The notes under the pieces were generated by a model that did no database searches, was not told the origin of the DNA, and was given only the letters and a program-made list of their open reading frames with translations. The translations under genes were made by a program, and so were the position numbers. A stretch of DNA of 64,000 nucleotides. Source: Verrucomicrobiota bacterium (GTDB taxonomy: Bacteria; Verrucomicrobiota; Verrucomicrobiia; Opitutales; Seribacteraceae). Location of the stretch: assembly GCA_027622665.1 (NCBI GenBank), contig JAQBYT010000002.1:32001-96000 (forward strand), read 5' to 3'. Shown piece by piece: positions 50,436 to 60,799 of the stretch. The first letter of the stretch is position 1. Every line of letters starts with the position of its first letter.

Positions 50436-53081
50436 ATGAAATTTAATCTAAGCTTTTCCCTCATCCTTTGTTTTTTCTGGGTTTCCCTCTTGGGCTCCTC
50501 TTTAGTTGCCGTTTCGAGCAAAGTCGCTGTTCCCCAGACAGTTATGGTTGGTAATCCCGGTAATACTGCGGACTCTACTGGTTTCGGTAATGTTGACTAC
50601 ACATTTAAGATTGGTAAATACGAGGTCACCAATGCTGAGTATTCCGAGTTCCTCAATGCGGTAGCTAAAATCGACATTTACCAACTTTATGATCCTCGAA
50701 TGGCCGGAGCACTCGGTAGTATCAGGCGGTCTGGCTTTTCTGGTGAGTACGTCTACGAGACCAAAGCTAACGGCGGAAAGAAACCGGTGAGTTACGTAAC
50801 TTGGGAATCGTGTGTCAGATATGTCAACTGGTTGACGAATGGTTGCGGCAAAGGGGGTACGGAAAGTGGTTCCTATACGATAGCAGGTCAGAGCTTTACC
50901 CCTCCTAGCCATGCCGCTCTTGCTGTCGGAAAGGCGACCAAATGGGCGATTGCCAGCGAGGACGAATGGTACAAAGCCGCCTACTACGATCCCTCTAAAG
51001 ACGACATCGGCGGTTACTGGCCTTATGCCATGAAAGGTCGATTTTCACCGGAGTGCAACATCAACACCAGCTCGATCTCCGAAGTAGGTTCTTTCCCCGA
51101 TGCCTTCAGTCCCTACGGCACCTTCGACCAGAACGGTAACCTTTGGGAATATAACGATGCGATGAACGGCAACAAGGTGGGGCTTCGAGGAGGATCTTTT
51201 TTCCACAATGATCATGATGCCTACCTTCGTTCATCCGCTCGCTACGACGTGCTTAGCGCAAAGTGGCCTAACTATGGTTTTCGAGTAGTCGCTCTCGGTT
51301 CCGGCCCGTCAGTGCCTTCACCTACGCCCAAAGTGATAACTCCCGCTCGAACTTCCCCTGTTCCAATCCCAAAGGCTGATGCGCCAATTCCAGCTCCTGC
51401 CCCGGTTCCGACCCCTAAAGTATCACCCCTGCCTATCCCGGTGCCCAAGTCGACTTCCTCCAGTCCCAAGGGAACGATCTTTTACGTTAGCCAGTCTGAG
51501 GGAAATGACGACTCGAGTGGGAAGGCGATGGCCGTTTCGGGGACTTCAGGACCTTGGAAAACCTTGGCCCGCGCATCAACCGAATACCAACCCGGAGACT
51601 CGATTCTATTGAAACGGGGAGATACTTGGAACGAGCAACTTGCCCCCAAGGGGAGCGGGACTCCGGACCAACCGATTATCATTGGTTCCTATGGCGAGGG
51701 TGCCAAACCTGTTATCGATCGAGAGGATTACACCAAGGATTTGTTTGGCATTCATTTGGCCGATCAGGGCGGTTACAAGATTCTTGGCATAGAATTCAAC
51801 CGCTGCATGACGGGTATTTACGGAGAATATCCTGATGGTTGCCCAACCAAGAAATTCATTTGGATCGAGGACTGCTATTTTCACGACTCGCTTCTTTATC
51901 AGCATTACGAAGACTACCCCAAGCGCAAGATTGGCCTAGGCATTTGCTTCTTTTCCTACGAGCGAGACAAGAGAGTTGTCCTCTCGGACATCACGATAAG
52001 GAATTGCATTTTCAGGAGATTGGCGTCGGGCATATGGACCAACAGTCCCGATAACTTCAATAAGAACGCCTCTTACGTATACAACTTTAGGAATATGACA
52101 ATCGAGGACTGCCTTTTCGAGGAAGGCTATCAATGGCAGCAGGGTATACGGGGTGTTGACACGGGTGTGATGCGGAACTGCGTCACACATGACATTGGCC
52201 GAAACTTTCGCTCTTTCAACGGGGTTGCCGGTTCGATGTTCTTTCGGTGCAAGGACTGGGTGTTTGAGGACAGCGAATGGGGGTTTGTTTCAATTGGTCT
52301 TGGCAGCGGCGACGGCGAAGCTTTCGATTTTGAGGGTAACTGCGACAACATGACTATGCGCAACTGTCTTTTCCACGATACCGATGGCCCTGGATTTCTT
52401 CTTTGCTGTTATGCATCGGATGGGCATGCCCACTCTGGAATCGTTATGGAAAATTGCGTCATCAACGGAAAGTCGAAGCGCCCGATCGGGTTGCCTCGAT
52501 GCGCAATCGTCAATACGACCGACTGGAATGAGTCGATGTGGAAAAACTGCAGGTTTTATCTTTCCAAAGGAGAAGCATTGATGAGAGTTATGGACCCTGA
52601 AAAAGATAAGAAAACCTCTTTCGTTAATTGCTTGTTCAAGGATCTTAAGAATGCTTGTAGTTCGAATGAATTACAGTCCACTATGAGTACGGGTATCAAG
52701 GTCGAGAGTGCCAGTTCAAGTGCGGCTTGGCAGGCTGAAGCCTCCTCCGAGCAGTGGATGCAACTCGAGTTCGAGAGGGCTACCAAGATCAATGAATTTA
52801 AAATCAGTGAAGACTCCGGTTCCTCGGTTACCCGCTACTTTATTGAATATTGGGACGACAAGACCTCAAACTGGCTAAGCTGTTTTAACGGTAGGGAAAT
52901 AGGCGTTGATTTTGTCGCTCCAATTGTTAGTCGGGTCACGACGAAAGCACGGTTGCGGATTATGAATACTAAAAGTGGCAAATCCAAGATTACTGAATTT
53001 ACCGCTTACAACGATACGACGGGCTTTACTACTTTCAACGATCCGACAGGAGTGGCAGCGGTGAGGATCACCGGGAAATAA
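50436..53081 (+). CDS. Secreted multidomain protein: FGE-sulfatase fold + Pro-rich linker + right-handed beta-helix + discoidin-like domain
   Basis: IGKYEVTN.EY, DQNGNLWE, RGGS, GFRV; FYVS...GND, PWKTL, PGD.ILLKRG; QW.QLEF....IN. Confidence 0.8.
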   Translation: MKFNLSFSLILCFFWVSLLGSSLVAVSSKVAVPQTVMVGNPGNTADSTGFGNVDYTFKIGKYEVTNAEYSEFLNAVAKIDIYQLYDPRMAGALGSIRRSGFSGEYVYETKANGGKKPVSYVTWESCVRYVNWLTNGCGKGGTESGSYTIAGQSFTPPSHAALAVGKATKWAIASEDEWYKAAYYDPSKDDIGGYWPYAMKGRFSPECNINTSSISEVGSFPDAFSPYGTFDQNGNLWEYNDAMNGNKVGLRGGSFFHNDHDAYLRSSARYDVLSAKWPNYGFRVVALGSGPSVPSPTPKVITPARTSPVPIPKADAPIPAPAPVPTPKVSPLPIPVPKSTSSSPKGTIFYVSQSEGNDDSSGKAMAVSGTSGPWKTLARASTEYQPGDSILLKRGDTWNEQLAPKGSGTPDQPIIIGSYGEGAKPVIDREDYTKDLFGIHLADQGGYKILGIEFNRCMTGIYGEYPDGCPTKKFIWIEDCYFHDSLLYQHYEDYPKRKIGLGICFFSYERDKRVVLSDITIRNCIFRRLASGIWTNSPDNFNKNASYVYNFRNMTIEDCLFEEGYQWQQGIRGVDTGVMRNCVTHDIGRNFRSFNGVAGSMFFRCKDWVFEDSEWGFVSIGLGSGDGEAFDFEGNCDNMTMRNCLFHDTDGPGFLLCCYASDGHAHSGIVMENCVINGKSKRPIGLPRCAIVNTTDWNESMWKNCRFYLSKGEALMRVMDPEKDKKTSFVNCLFKDLKNACSSNELQSTMSTGIKVESASSSAAWQAEASSEQWMQLEFERATKINEFKISEDSGSSVTRYFIEYWDDKTSNWLSCFNGREIGVDFVAPIVSRVTTKARLRIMNTKSGKSKITEFTAYNDTTGFTTFNDPTGVAAVRITGK

Positions 53082-53121
53082 TGGCCACGGCACATTCACA
53101 TCACTAAAATAGATAAAGCAT

Positions 53122-54177
53122 ATGACCGATCAGAAGAAAGATTCCGACAAACCCGCAGCGAGCGATAACGACGTTAAGGCAATTGAGCGTCTGCGTGACG
53201 CTAACAAACGGATTGTTGCCGAGTTGGGAAAAGTAATCATTGGCCAGACCGATGTGATCGATGAACTGATGATCGCTATATTTGCTCGCGGTCACTGCCT
53301 TTTAGTGGGAGTGCCCGGATTGGCCAAGACCCTACTTGTCAGCACCTTGTCACGCGCTCTCTCACTCAGTTTCAACCGTATTCAGTTCACCCCGGACTTA
53401 ATGCCCTCGGACATAACCGGAACCGAGATCTTGGCTGACGATCCGGAGAGCGGCGAACGAAAGTTCAAGTTCCTTCGGGGGCCGGTTTTTGCTAATATCG
53501 TGCTGGCTGACGAGATTAACCGAACTCCTCCGAAGACTCAGGCTGCCTTGCTTGAAGCGATGCAGGAAAAGAAGGTCTCGGCCGGCGGTGAGTCTTTTAC
53601 CTTGGAGGAACCGTTTTTTGTTTTGGCTACTCAGAACCCACTCGAGCAGGAAGGTACCTATCCACTGCCGGAGGCGCAACTCGATCGCTTTCTGTTCAAC
53701 ATCATCGTCGATTATCCGAACCGTACCGAGGAGATCGATATGATGAAGCGTATATCGGGGGATTTCGAGAGCAACTTGGACACGGTTATGGATCGCGACG
53801 AGATCATCGCTCTTCAAGATACCGTACGGAGAATTCCGGTGGCCGACCATATATTTGAGTATGCATCTACGCTTGTACGCGCAACTCGGCCGGATGATGA
53901 AGAGGCTCCCGAATTTATTCGTGAGTGGCTTTCATATGGGGCAGGGCCTCGCGCCAGTCTCTACTTGATCACGGCGGGCAAAGCGCGGGCAGCTTTGCGA
54001 GGTCGTTTGCACATGGCAATCGAGGACGTACAGGCCTTGGCCCCTGCAATCCTTCGTCACCGCATTATTTTGAATTTCGCTGCCCGTTCCGAAGGCATGA
54101 CCAGCGACGACGTGATCCGAAAGCTACTGGATACGATTCCTGCAGACGAAAACCTCTATGAAGCCCAAGCCCGCTAA
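53122..54177 (+). CDS. MoxR family AAA+ ATPase
   Basis: GVPGLAKT, RIQFTPDLMPSD, DEINRTPPKTQ.ALLEAM, ATQNP.EQEGTYPLPEAQLDRF. Confidence 0.95.
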   Translation: MTDQKKDSDKPAASDNDVKAIERLRDANKRIVAELGKVIIGQTDVIDELMIAIFARGHCLLVGVPGLAKTLLVSTLSRALSLSFNRIQFTPDLMPSDITGTEILADDPESGERKFKFLRGPVFANIVLADEINRTPPKTQAALLEAMQEKKVSAGGESFTLEEPFFVLATQNPLEQEGTYPLPEAQLDRFLFNIIVDYPNRTEEIDMMKRISGDFESNLDTVMDRDEIIALQDTVRRIPVADHIFEYASTLVRATRPDDEEAPEFIREWLSYGAGPRASLYLITAGKARAALRGRLHMAIEDVQALAPAILRHRIILNFAARSEGMTSDDVIRKLLDTIPADENLYEAQAR

Positions 54178-55066
54178 ACACGGGCTCAAATACCTTGACC
54201 CGGACGTCTTGCAAAAAATCAGCTCTCTTGAGCTGGTTGCGCGCGAGGCGGTTGAGGGCATGCGGGTGGGGGCTCACAGGAGCCCGTCCAAGGGTTTGAG
54301 CTCCGAGTTCGCCTACCATCGTCCCTATGTAACCGGCGACTCTCCAAGGCATGTGGACTGGCGGTTGTATGCCCGTACCGGTCGTTATTATACTAAGCAG
54401 TACATTGCCGAGACTGACTTTACTGCCAATATTCTGCTGGATGCGAGTTCGTCCATGCAATATGGCTCCGGCGAATTGAGCAAGTTGGAGTACGCCAAAC
54501 ATATAACTGCCAGCTTGGCGCACTTGATCGTGAGTCAACGCGACATGGCCGGAATGGCAATATTCGACTCTGAGTTGCGACAGTACCTCGAGCCTTCAAG
54601 CAGGTTGTCCATCGTACGCGACATCGCCGTCGAGTTGGAAAAGGTAGATGGTGAACCGCGAACGAACATCGCTACCATACTTCATGAGTTTGCCGAGCGT
54701 ATCAAGCGTCGCGGATTCGTTATCTTGATCTCTGATTTGTTGGACAACGTGGACGACTTTGTGAAGGGGCTCAATCATCTTCAGTTTCATGGCCACAACG
54801 TCATCGTGTTTCACACACTGGATCCTTACGAGTTGACCTTCCCTTTTGACGGCACATGCAGATTCAAGGGGCTCGAAGTTGATGAGGAACTCGTGACTAG
54901 GCCAAAACGGGTGCGTGAAGCATACATGGAGGAGTTGGATCTTTATCTTAAGAAAATCCGAGATGCCTGTCGTAGGACTAACGTCGACTACGTACTGGTT
55001 GATACATCTCGCCCACTGCAGGAGGTACTTACTGCCTACCTCATGAAAAGGACACAGAGCTTATAA
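54158..55066 (+). CDS. DUF58 family protein
   Basis: G.H.S..KG.S.EF..HR.Y..GD..R.VDW, D.S.SM, ISD. Confidence 0.92.
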   Translation: MKPKPAKHGLKYLDPDVLQKISSLELVAREAVEGMRVGAHRSPSKGLSSEFAYHRPYVTGDSPRHVDWRLYARTGRYYTKQYIAETDFTANILLDASSSMQYGSGELSKLEYAKHITASLAHLIVSQRDMAGMAIFDSELRQYLEPSSRLSIVRDIAVELEKVDGEPRTNIATILHEFAERIKRRGFVILISDLLDNVDDFVKGLNHLQFHGHNVIVFHTLDPYELTFPFDGTCRFKGLEVDEELVTRPKRVREAYMEELDLYLKKIRDACRRTNVDYVLVDTSRPLQEVLTAYLMKRTQSL

Positions 55067-56211
55067 TGCCGTTATTCATGATTCCTAGTCGAAGGTCACT
55101 CGCCTTTGTTGTCGGTTGTCGGATCGTCACCGTACTTCTTTTGCTGCCGTCGGTTCTGGGGGCTGGCATAGTGGAGACGGTGTCTGGGAAAATTGAGGGC
55201 AAAATCAGCTTTCTCTCGAATGCCGTTAAAGTGGGTGAACAGCAGGTCGCCTCGAAGGATATTCTTTATTTATATTCCGAGAATTCTTCCCCGCCAGTCT
55301 CGTCCCCTGAATTAGCGCTTTTTAGGAATGGAGAGGTAGTCGTCGGTGGTATCGTTGCCGGGTCGGACAAACAGGTCGATCTGCGTTGCAAATGGTTTGG
55401 TCGGAAATCGTTCGATCTTAAAAAGCTATCAGTTTTACAATTTATATCAGATGAGTCGTTAGCCGATGGAGCGAATGAAACGCTGTATCGCAAGGAAGGC
55501 CAACCGATTCCCGGCGCACTGGTATGGATCGACGAGGGAACCATCGGACTGGACAGTCCATTTGGCGCCTTAAAGCTCATTCGTTCAGGGTTAGTGCGTT
55601 ACGTTCTAGATAAGAATCCTTCCTTGCCCTTGGTCGGCGACGAAGTCATGGGCGACGAAATCGGCTTGAGCGATGGCAATGTCTTTCGCGGGAGGCTACA
55701 TTTTGACGAGGGCAAAGTTAGGCTTACGCATCCTGTTGTTGGCGAGATGACTTTTCCTGTGAGCGTTGTTCGCTTCATTGTGCGGCACCGTCCGACAATG
55801 GTCGAGATCAACCTTCTTAAACGCGAGCGTATCGATGCCGGAGGAGGCATATTGGCGAAGGGAAAACAGTTTTCCTACACTGAGGAACCGGGAACCGGAT
55901 TTATTCGTTCTACTCGAATTGAACCTCAAACCAAGACTCGTTACGCTCAACCCGAACGCTCGGGTGGCAAGCTACTTTTTCGCACGACCCTTTGTCCTTT
56001 GAAATCCGCCCGTGGCATGACTCGCTTCACCATGTCGGTAGGTTCTAAGACAGTTCTGGAGCGTACTGTCTCTCCCTCGGAACTCCCGCAGTCGGTTGAA
56101 GTGCAGTTGCCCGAAGGAGAAGATTTCGTGGTCGAAGTGGATTTTGGCCCTCTCCTCCGTTTCCCATGCGGCGTCATCTTGCGGGATGCTCATCTGGTAG
56201 TCGCGAAATAA
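55066..56211 (+). CDS. Hypothetical secreted protein, possible C-terminal NPCBM-like domain
   Basis: Signal-like N-terminus; C-terminal L.VDFG.....LRDA.L; coupled to its neighbours. Confidence 0.6.
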   Translation: MPLFMIPSRRSLAFVVGCRIVTVLLLLPSVLGAGIVETVSGKIEGKISFLSNAVKVGEQQVASKDILYLYSENSSPPVSSPELALFRNGEVVVGGIVAGSDKQVDLRCKWFGRKSFDLKKLSVLQFISDESLADGANETLYRKEGQPIPGALVWIDEGTIGLDSPFGALKLIRSGLVRYVLDKNPSLPLVGDEVMGDEIGLSDGNVFRGRLHFDEGKVRLTHPVVGEMTFPVSVVRFIVRHRPTMVEINLLKRERIDAGGGILAKGKQFSYTEEPGTGFIRSTRIEPQTKTRYAQPERSGGKLLFRTTLCPLKSARGMTRFTMSVGSKTVLERTVSPSELPQSVEVQLPEGEDFVVEVDFGPLLRFPCGVILRDAHLVVAK

Positions 56212-56212
56212 G

Positions 56213-58414
56213 ATGCAATTTCTGAATCCATGGCTTTTGATTGGCATTGCCGGTATCTCCATACCGATCGCCATTCACCTGATGAATCGATTCCGTCATC
56301 GAGACGTCGACTGGGCTGCCATGGAGTTGTTGCGTAAGGTTCTGGTGGTTCGCTCAAGACGCATACGACTGGAAGATTTACTTCTCTTGCTTTTGCGCTG
56401 CTTGATCATCGCATTACTCGCGCTTTCCATCGCTCGGCCGGTCTTGTCGCCCGAAGGAGGAACGTCTCGAGCTGACGTCGGCGTCGTCATTGCCATAGAC
56501 GCCTCATTCAGCATGGGGCACAAGCCGGGCGTATATTCCCGATTTGATCGCGCCGTGGAACGTGTCCAAGAAATACTCAATACATTGAACCCCGGAGACC
56601 CAGTGACTTTGGTTCTACTGGGTGATCGCCCAAGGGTGCTTTTTCGGAACTCCGGTTACGAAGCGGATCGATTGTCCGCTATATTGGAAAAGTCGGAACC
56701 CTTGGCCGAACGGCTCAACCTCGAACTTTGCTTAAGTGAAATAGAAAAACTGGTGGGAGAGATCAAGGCACCCGCTCGCGAATGCTATTTTGTAACGGAT
56801 GCTCAGACTCTTACTTGGGGCAAGCTTTCCGAACCATCTATTGCCTCCCTTGAGCGGATTGCACTGGAGGGACGCATCTTCTATCTTCCGGTGGCCGATC
56901 GCCAATCCGAGAATCTGGCCATTACGAGTTTGGTACAAGGGTCGGGCATAGTACGCAAAGGATCATTGGCTCGCTATGTCGTTGATGTGACCAACAGTGG
57001 AGGAGAGACCAGAAAACAAGTGCCTGTTACTCTTTATCTTGGTGATGAAGTCATCGACCAACGTGTCGTATCCGAGATCGGACCCGGGGATACCGAGTCG
57101 ATTCCAATGTTCGTTCGTTTCAACGAACAAGGAACGCTCCGCTTGACTGCCCGTATAGGCGAAGATGAATTGGCTATCGACAACGCCCGCTTTGTTGTGG
57201 TCAACGTGCGTTCACAGATACGAGTTCTCTGCGTCGAGGGTTCGCCCTCGAAGGGTTCGGATTCCGAAACCTATTTTCTTTTATCGGCTTTGGTCCCGAG
57301 GCGAACGCTGGTTGGAGATGAGGATGCGCCTATTGTGGTTGACCAGGTCAGTTGGCTGGATCTTTCCGGGCGGCGGTTATCTGATTACGACGTCGTGATG
57401 TTGGTCGACGTGCCGCAATTGCCCGAGGCTCAAGTAACTGCCATCGGGCAGTTCGTAAGTGTCGGAGGAGGGTTGGTGACGTTTCTTGGTCCTAACGTCC
57501 TGCCTGAAACGTTCAACGAAAGTATGGTCTTTGAAGACCAGCCGCTCCATCCGGGAATACTTCTCGACGCGCGCGGCGATCAGTCCGATCGCTCGGTCGG
57601 TAGTGCCCTAGAGCCAGTCGTAGGGCATCCCTTGGCATTTGGGCTTTCAGGTTTGCCCGAAGAGGTCTTGGGAGAGACTCGAATATTTCGCTACTTCCCT
57701 TTGGAATTGTCTTCCGGTAGTCGCTCCGTGGTGACTGTCGGAAAAGGTCCCAACGACATTCTGGTGGCGGAGAAGTCTCTTGGTCGAGGAAACGTCGTGT
57801 TGTTTACCAGCACCGCAAATCGAGACTGGACCGACATGGTCATTCACCCCTCCTATCCAATATTGCTCCATGAGACGATCGCCCATCTTGGACGCCGTGA
57901 TTTTGAGAGACCCCTTGTCGTCGGTTCGCCTTTGGTCCTGCCCTTGCCTTTACCCATTAATGCCCCCGCTCCAGAGAAAGTTGTTTGTCAGGCACCCGAG
58001 GATCACCGGATAACCGTTAAGTCCGTACGTCGCGATGGTCAGATATTAGCTAATTTCGGCGCGACGGAATACGCCGGCTTTTATGATATCTTTTACGATT
58101 CTGAAAACTCTTTTCCTGTTGCCGTGAGCGTCGACGCCGGAGAGTCCGATTCCCGTTGCTTGGCGGATCGGGCCCTTGCCGAAGCATTACAGGGCACTGA
58201 GTTTAAGATTGTGGAACTTGCAGACGACTTGGGTGTGATCCTCCGCGAAGGTCGAATCGGCCGAGAAATCTGGAAGGAAATCCTTTTGACCGCACTCTTG
58301 CTTTTACTTGTCGAAGCCTACCTTTCTCATCGTTTCACTCGTGTCGTTTCCGGAAAAAAGAACTCTGACTTCGTGGCTGGTTTGAAAAATGCAACCAAGA
58401 GGAGTCGAATCTAA
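56213..58414 (+). CDS. BatA N-terminal + vWA domain membrane protein
   Basis: FLNP.LL....IPI.IHL, WAAM, D.S.SM, TD. Confidence 0.85.
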   Translation: MQFLNPWLLIGIAGISIPIAIHLMNRFRHRDVDWAAMELLRKVLVVRSRRIRLEDLLLLLLRCLIIALLALSIARPVLSPEGGTSRADVGVVIAIDASFSMGHKPGVYSRFDRAVERVQEILNTLNPGDPVTLVLLGDRPRVLFRNSGYEADRLSAILEKSEPLAERLNLELCLSEIEKLVGEIKAPARECYFVTDAQTLTWGKLSEPSIASLERIALEGRIFYLPVADRQSENLAITSLVQGSGIVRKGSLARYVVDVTNSGGETRKQVPVTLYLGDEVIDQRVVSEIGPGDTESIPMFVRFNEQGTLRLTARIGEDELAIDNARFVVVNVRSQIRVLCVEGSPSKGSDSETYFLLSALVPRRTLVGDEDAPIVVDQVSWLDLSGRRLSDYDVVMLVDVPQLPEAQVTAIGQFVSVGGGLVTFLGPNVLPETFNESMVFEDQPLHPGILLDARGDQSDRSVGSALEPVVGHPLAFGLSGLPEEVLGETRIFRYFPLELSSGSRSVVTVGKGPNDILVAEKSLGRGNVVLFTSTANRDWTDMVIHPSYPILLHETIAHLGRRDFERPLVVGSPLVLPLPLPINAPAPEKVVCQAPEDHRITVKSVRRDGQILANFGATEYAGFYDIFYDSENSFPVAVSVDAGESDSRCLADRALAEALQGTEFKIVELADDLGVILREGRIGREIWKEILLTALLLLLVEAYLSHRFTRVVSGKKNSDFVAGLKNATKRSRI

Positions 58415-58415
58415 C

Positions 58416-60791
58416 ATGCTTACCTTGTTGGCAGCCGAATCAACCGGAGGTTTCTATTTTCGCGAAGGACCTTTCCCTATTCTTCTAGTCCTTGGTGTCT
58501 TCGTCCCTCTTGCGGTGTTGTATGCGGTTTTTCTTTATCGGAGACAAACGGAGCTCTCCTCAGGACATCGTCTCGTCCTCGGCGTTTTGCGCGCTATCGT
58601 TTATAGTTTGATTATCCTGCTGCTGCTTGCCCCGGTGGTCGACCAGACGAAGAAAATCTTGATACCAAACAATGTCCTAGTGCTACTTGACGTTTCCGAA
58701 AGTATGTCGATTGAGGATCGTCGCAGCAGACCGGATGAATTGGCTGAATCCGCTGCAGCTTTAGGCAAGATTCCACTCGGCGAACTAGATCGGTATGCAG
58801 CTGCGGAGCTTCCTGACGACATTCGTTCAAGCGTTGAAAAGGTATCACGGCTAGACCTGGCAAAAGGTATCCTCGGTTTATCTGAGTTGGAGATTCTCCG
58901 CACCTCTACCGAGAGCAGCCATGTTACAGGTTATACCTTTGGGGAAAATCTTGCATCTGACATGAGCCCCGAAAATTCTTCGCCATGGTTTGACGCTGCT
59001 CTGCCTTCCGCAAAGTCTACGCGCTTAGGTGACGGTCTGAGAGAGGCAGTCGATCGTCACGGTGGGCAGAAAATCACCGGAGTAGTTGTCTTAAGTGACG
59101 GCGCTTCCAATGAGGGTGTCGATGCGGTGGATGCGGCTCTTCGATTGGGCGACCAATCCATCCCCGTCCACACCATCGGACTAGGTCTGACTAAGCCGGA
59201 GGACGTGCGAATCCTGACTGTGCGGGTTCCTGATACCGTTTTCTATAAGGATAAGGTTCCTGTCAGTGTCGGTATCCTTTCCCATGGTTTTCAAGGACGG
59301 GTGGTCACTGTTGATTTGACCATCGATGGAGACTTGGTCGCCAGCAGAAAAACGGCTCTAAGGGGAGACGAGGCTGTCGAAGAGCTTTCTTTTATAGCCG
59401 ACCAAAAGGTGGGACAGTCTAAATTTGTCGTTACGGCTACCGTGCTTCCCGGAGACGTGGCCCCGGAAAACAATCGATATGAACGAAGTATTTCAATCAT
59501 CGATGAGAAGATAAAAATTCTCTACATCGAGGGCGAACCTCGTTGGGAGTTTCGTTACCTGCGAGCTGTGCTTCTTCGGGATGATCGATTGGACGTGAAA
59601 TTTCTCATGACGGAAGGAGACCCGGAGCTTGCTCGGGCGTCGCCTCGACATCTTGAAGTTTTCCCGGAGGATGGCGCCGAAACATTTCAGTACGACTTGG
59701 TTATTTTGGGAGATGTTCCTGCAGACTACTTCACGCAGTCTCATCTCGAGCGGATTGAGGAACTTGTTCTTAAGCGCGGCGCTTCCTTCCTTATGCTGGC
59801 GGGTCGTAAATATGCTCCTGCGAGCTATCGAGACTCTCCCATCGCATCTCTTTTGCCCGTTAAGATCGGCAATGACGGATATGACCGCCTCGGTCCCTTG
59901 CTTTATCCGGTTCCCACTTCTTCAGGAATGAAGAACCTGATTGCTAAGTTCAGTCCCTCCGAGCAGGTGACACGAGAGACATGGGCCCGAGCTAAGCCGC
60001 TTTACGGTGTGCCCAACTTGGATGGAGTAAAACGGGGAGCCGCAGACAATATTTTGGTTACTCTCTCCGACGTCGACCAACGCAGTAAGCCTTATCCGTT
60101 GGTTGTCTGGCAGCGTTACGGCACGGGCAAATCGCTTTACGTCGGTTCCGACCAACTCTGGCGCCTTCGTTTTAAACATGGCGACGAGTTTCATGTCCAC
60201 TTCTGGAAACAATCCATACACTTCCTGACCTTGTCTCGTTTGCTGGGTGAGAATAAGCGCATTCGGTTGGAGACGGAGCGGGACAGCTATCGTGCCGGCG
60301 AGAGAGCCAATGTTTTTGCCAACGTTCTCGATGAAAGCTTTGAACCAATCTCCGCTCCTTCCTACGATGTGTTGGTTGAATCACCGGGACAGGCCGAACC
60401 CTCGGGCCTTTCACTGCTGGCTATTCCGGGGTCACCTGGCCTCTACCAGGGTTCTTACGTTACAGGTAAAGCAGGTTCTTATCTCTTGAAGTCGGTTTTG
60501 GCTGATTCGAAATTCGCCAACACTGCATCCTTTCAAGCCGTTGGAGCCAGTCGGGAAATGCTTGAGTCGGCCATGCAGGAGCAGACACTGCGTAAGATCT
60601 CCGAACTTTCAGGCGGCGAGTATCTGGAACTGAGTGACTTGAAGAAACTGCCCGAGTTGCTCAAGGGGGAAGTCCGAACAACGAGCGTCTCCAAGGAGAT
60701 TTCACTTTGGGACCGGTGGTACGTGTTCGCTTTATTATTACTATTCCTGTCAATCGAATGGTTCGTCAGGCGCCAAAACGATGCTGCGTAA
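58416..60791 (+). CDS. vWA + glutamine-amidotransferase-like membrane protein
   Basis: LDVSESM, LSDG, LYIEGEPRWEFRYL, YG.GK, C-terminal EW..RR. Confidence 0.82.
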   Translation: MLTLLAAESTGGFYFREGPFPILLVLGVFVPLAVLYAVFLYRRQTELSSGHRLVLGVLRAIVYSLIILLLLAPVVDQTKKILIPNNVLVLLDVSESMSIEDRRSRPDELAESAAALGKIPLGELDRYAAAELPDDIRSSVEKVSRLDLAKGILGLSELEILRTSTESSHVTGYTFGENLASDMSPENSSPWFDAALPSAKSTRLGDGLREAVDRHGGQKITGVVVLSDGASNEGVDAVDAALRLGDQSIPVHTIGLGLTKPEDVRILTVRVPDTVFYKDKVPVSVGILSHGFQGRVVTVDLTIDGDLVASRKTALRGDEAVEELSFIADQKVGQSKFVVTATVLPGDVAPENNRYERSISIIDEKIKILYIEGEPRWEFRYLRAVLLRDDRLDVKFLMTEGDPELARASPRHLEVFPEDGAETFQYDLVILGDVPADYFTQSHLERIEELVLKRGASFLMLAGRKYAPASYRDSPIASLLPVKIGNDGYDRLGPLLYPVPTSSGMKNLIAKFSPSEQVTRETWARAKPLYGVPNLDGVKRGAADNILVTLSDVDQRSKPYPLVVWQRYGTGKSLYVGSDQLWRLRFKHGDEFHVHFWKQSIHFLTLSRLLGENKRIRLETERDSYRAGERANVFANVLDESFEPISAPSYDVLVESPGQAEPSGLSLLAIPGSPGLYQGSYVTGKAGSYLLKSVLADSKFANTASFQAVGASREMLESAMQEQTLRKISELSGGEYLELSDLKKLPELLKGEVRTTSVSKEISLWDRWYVFALLLLFLSIEWFVRRQNDAA

Positions 60792-60799
60792 AAGTTAAA

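Noticed and set aside
50436..51300. Diversity-generating retroelement target (FGE/CLec fold)
   Set aside because: No reverse transcriptase and no template-repeat copy seen in the window.
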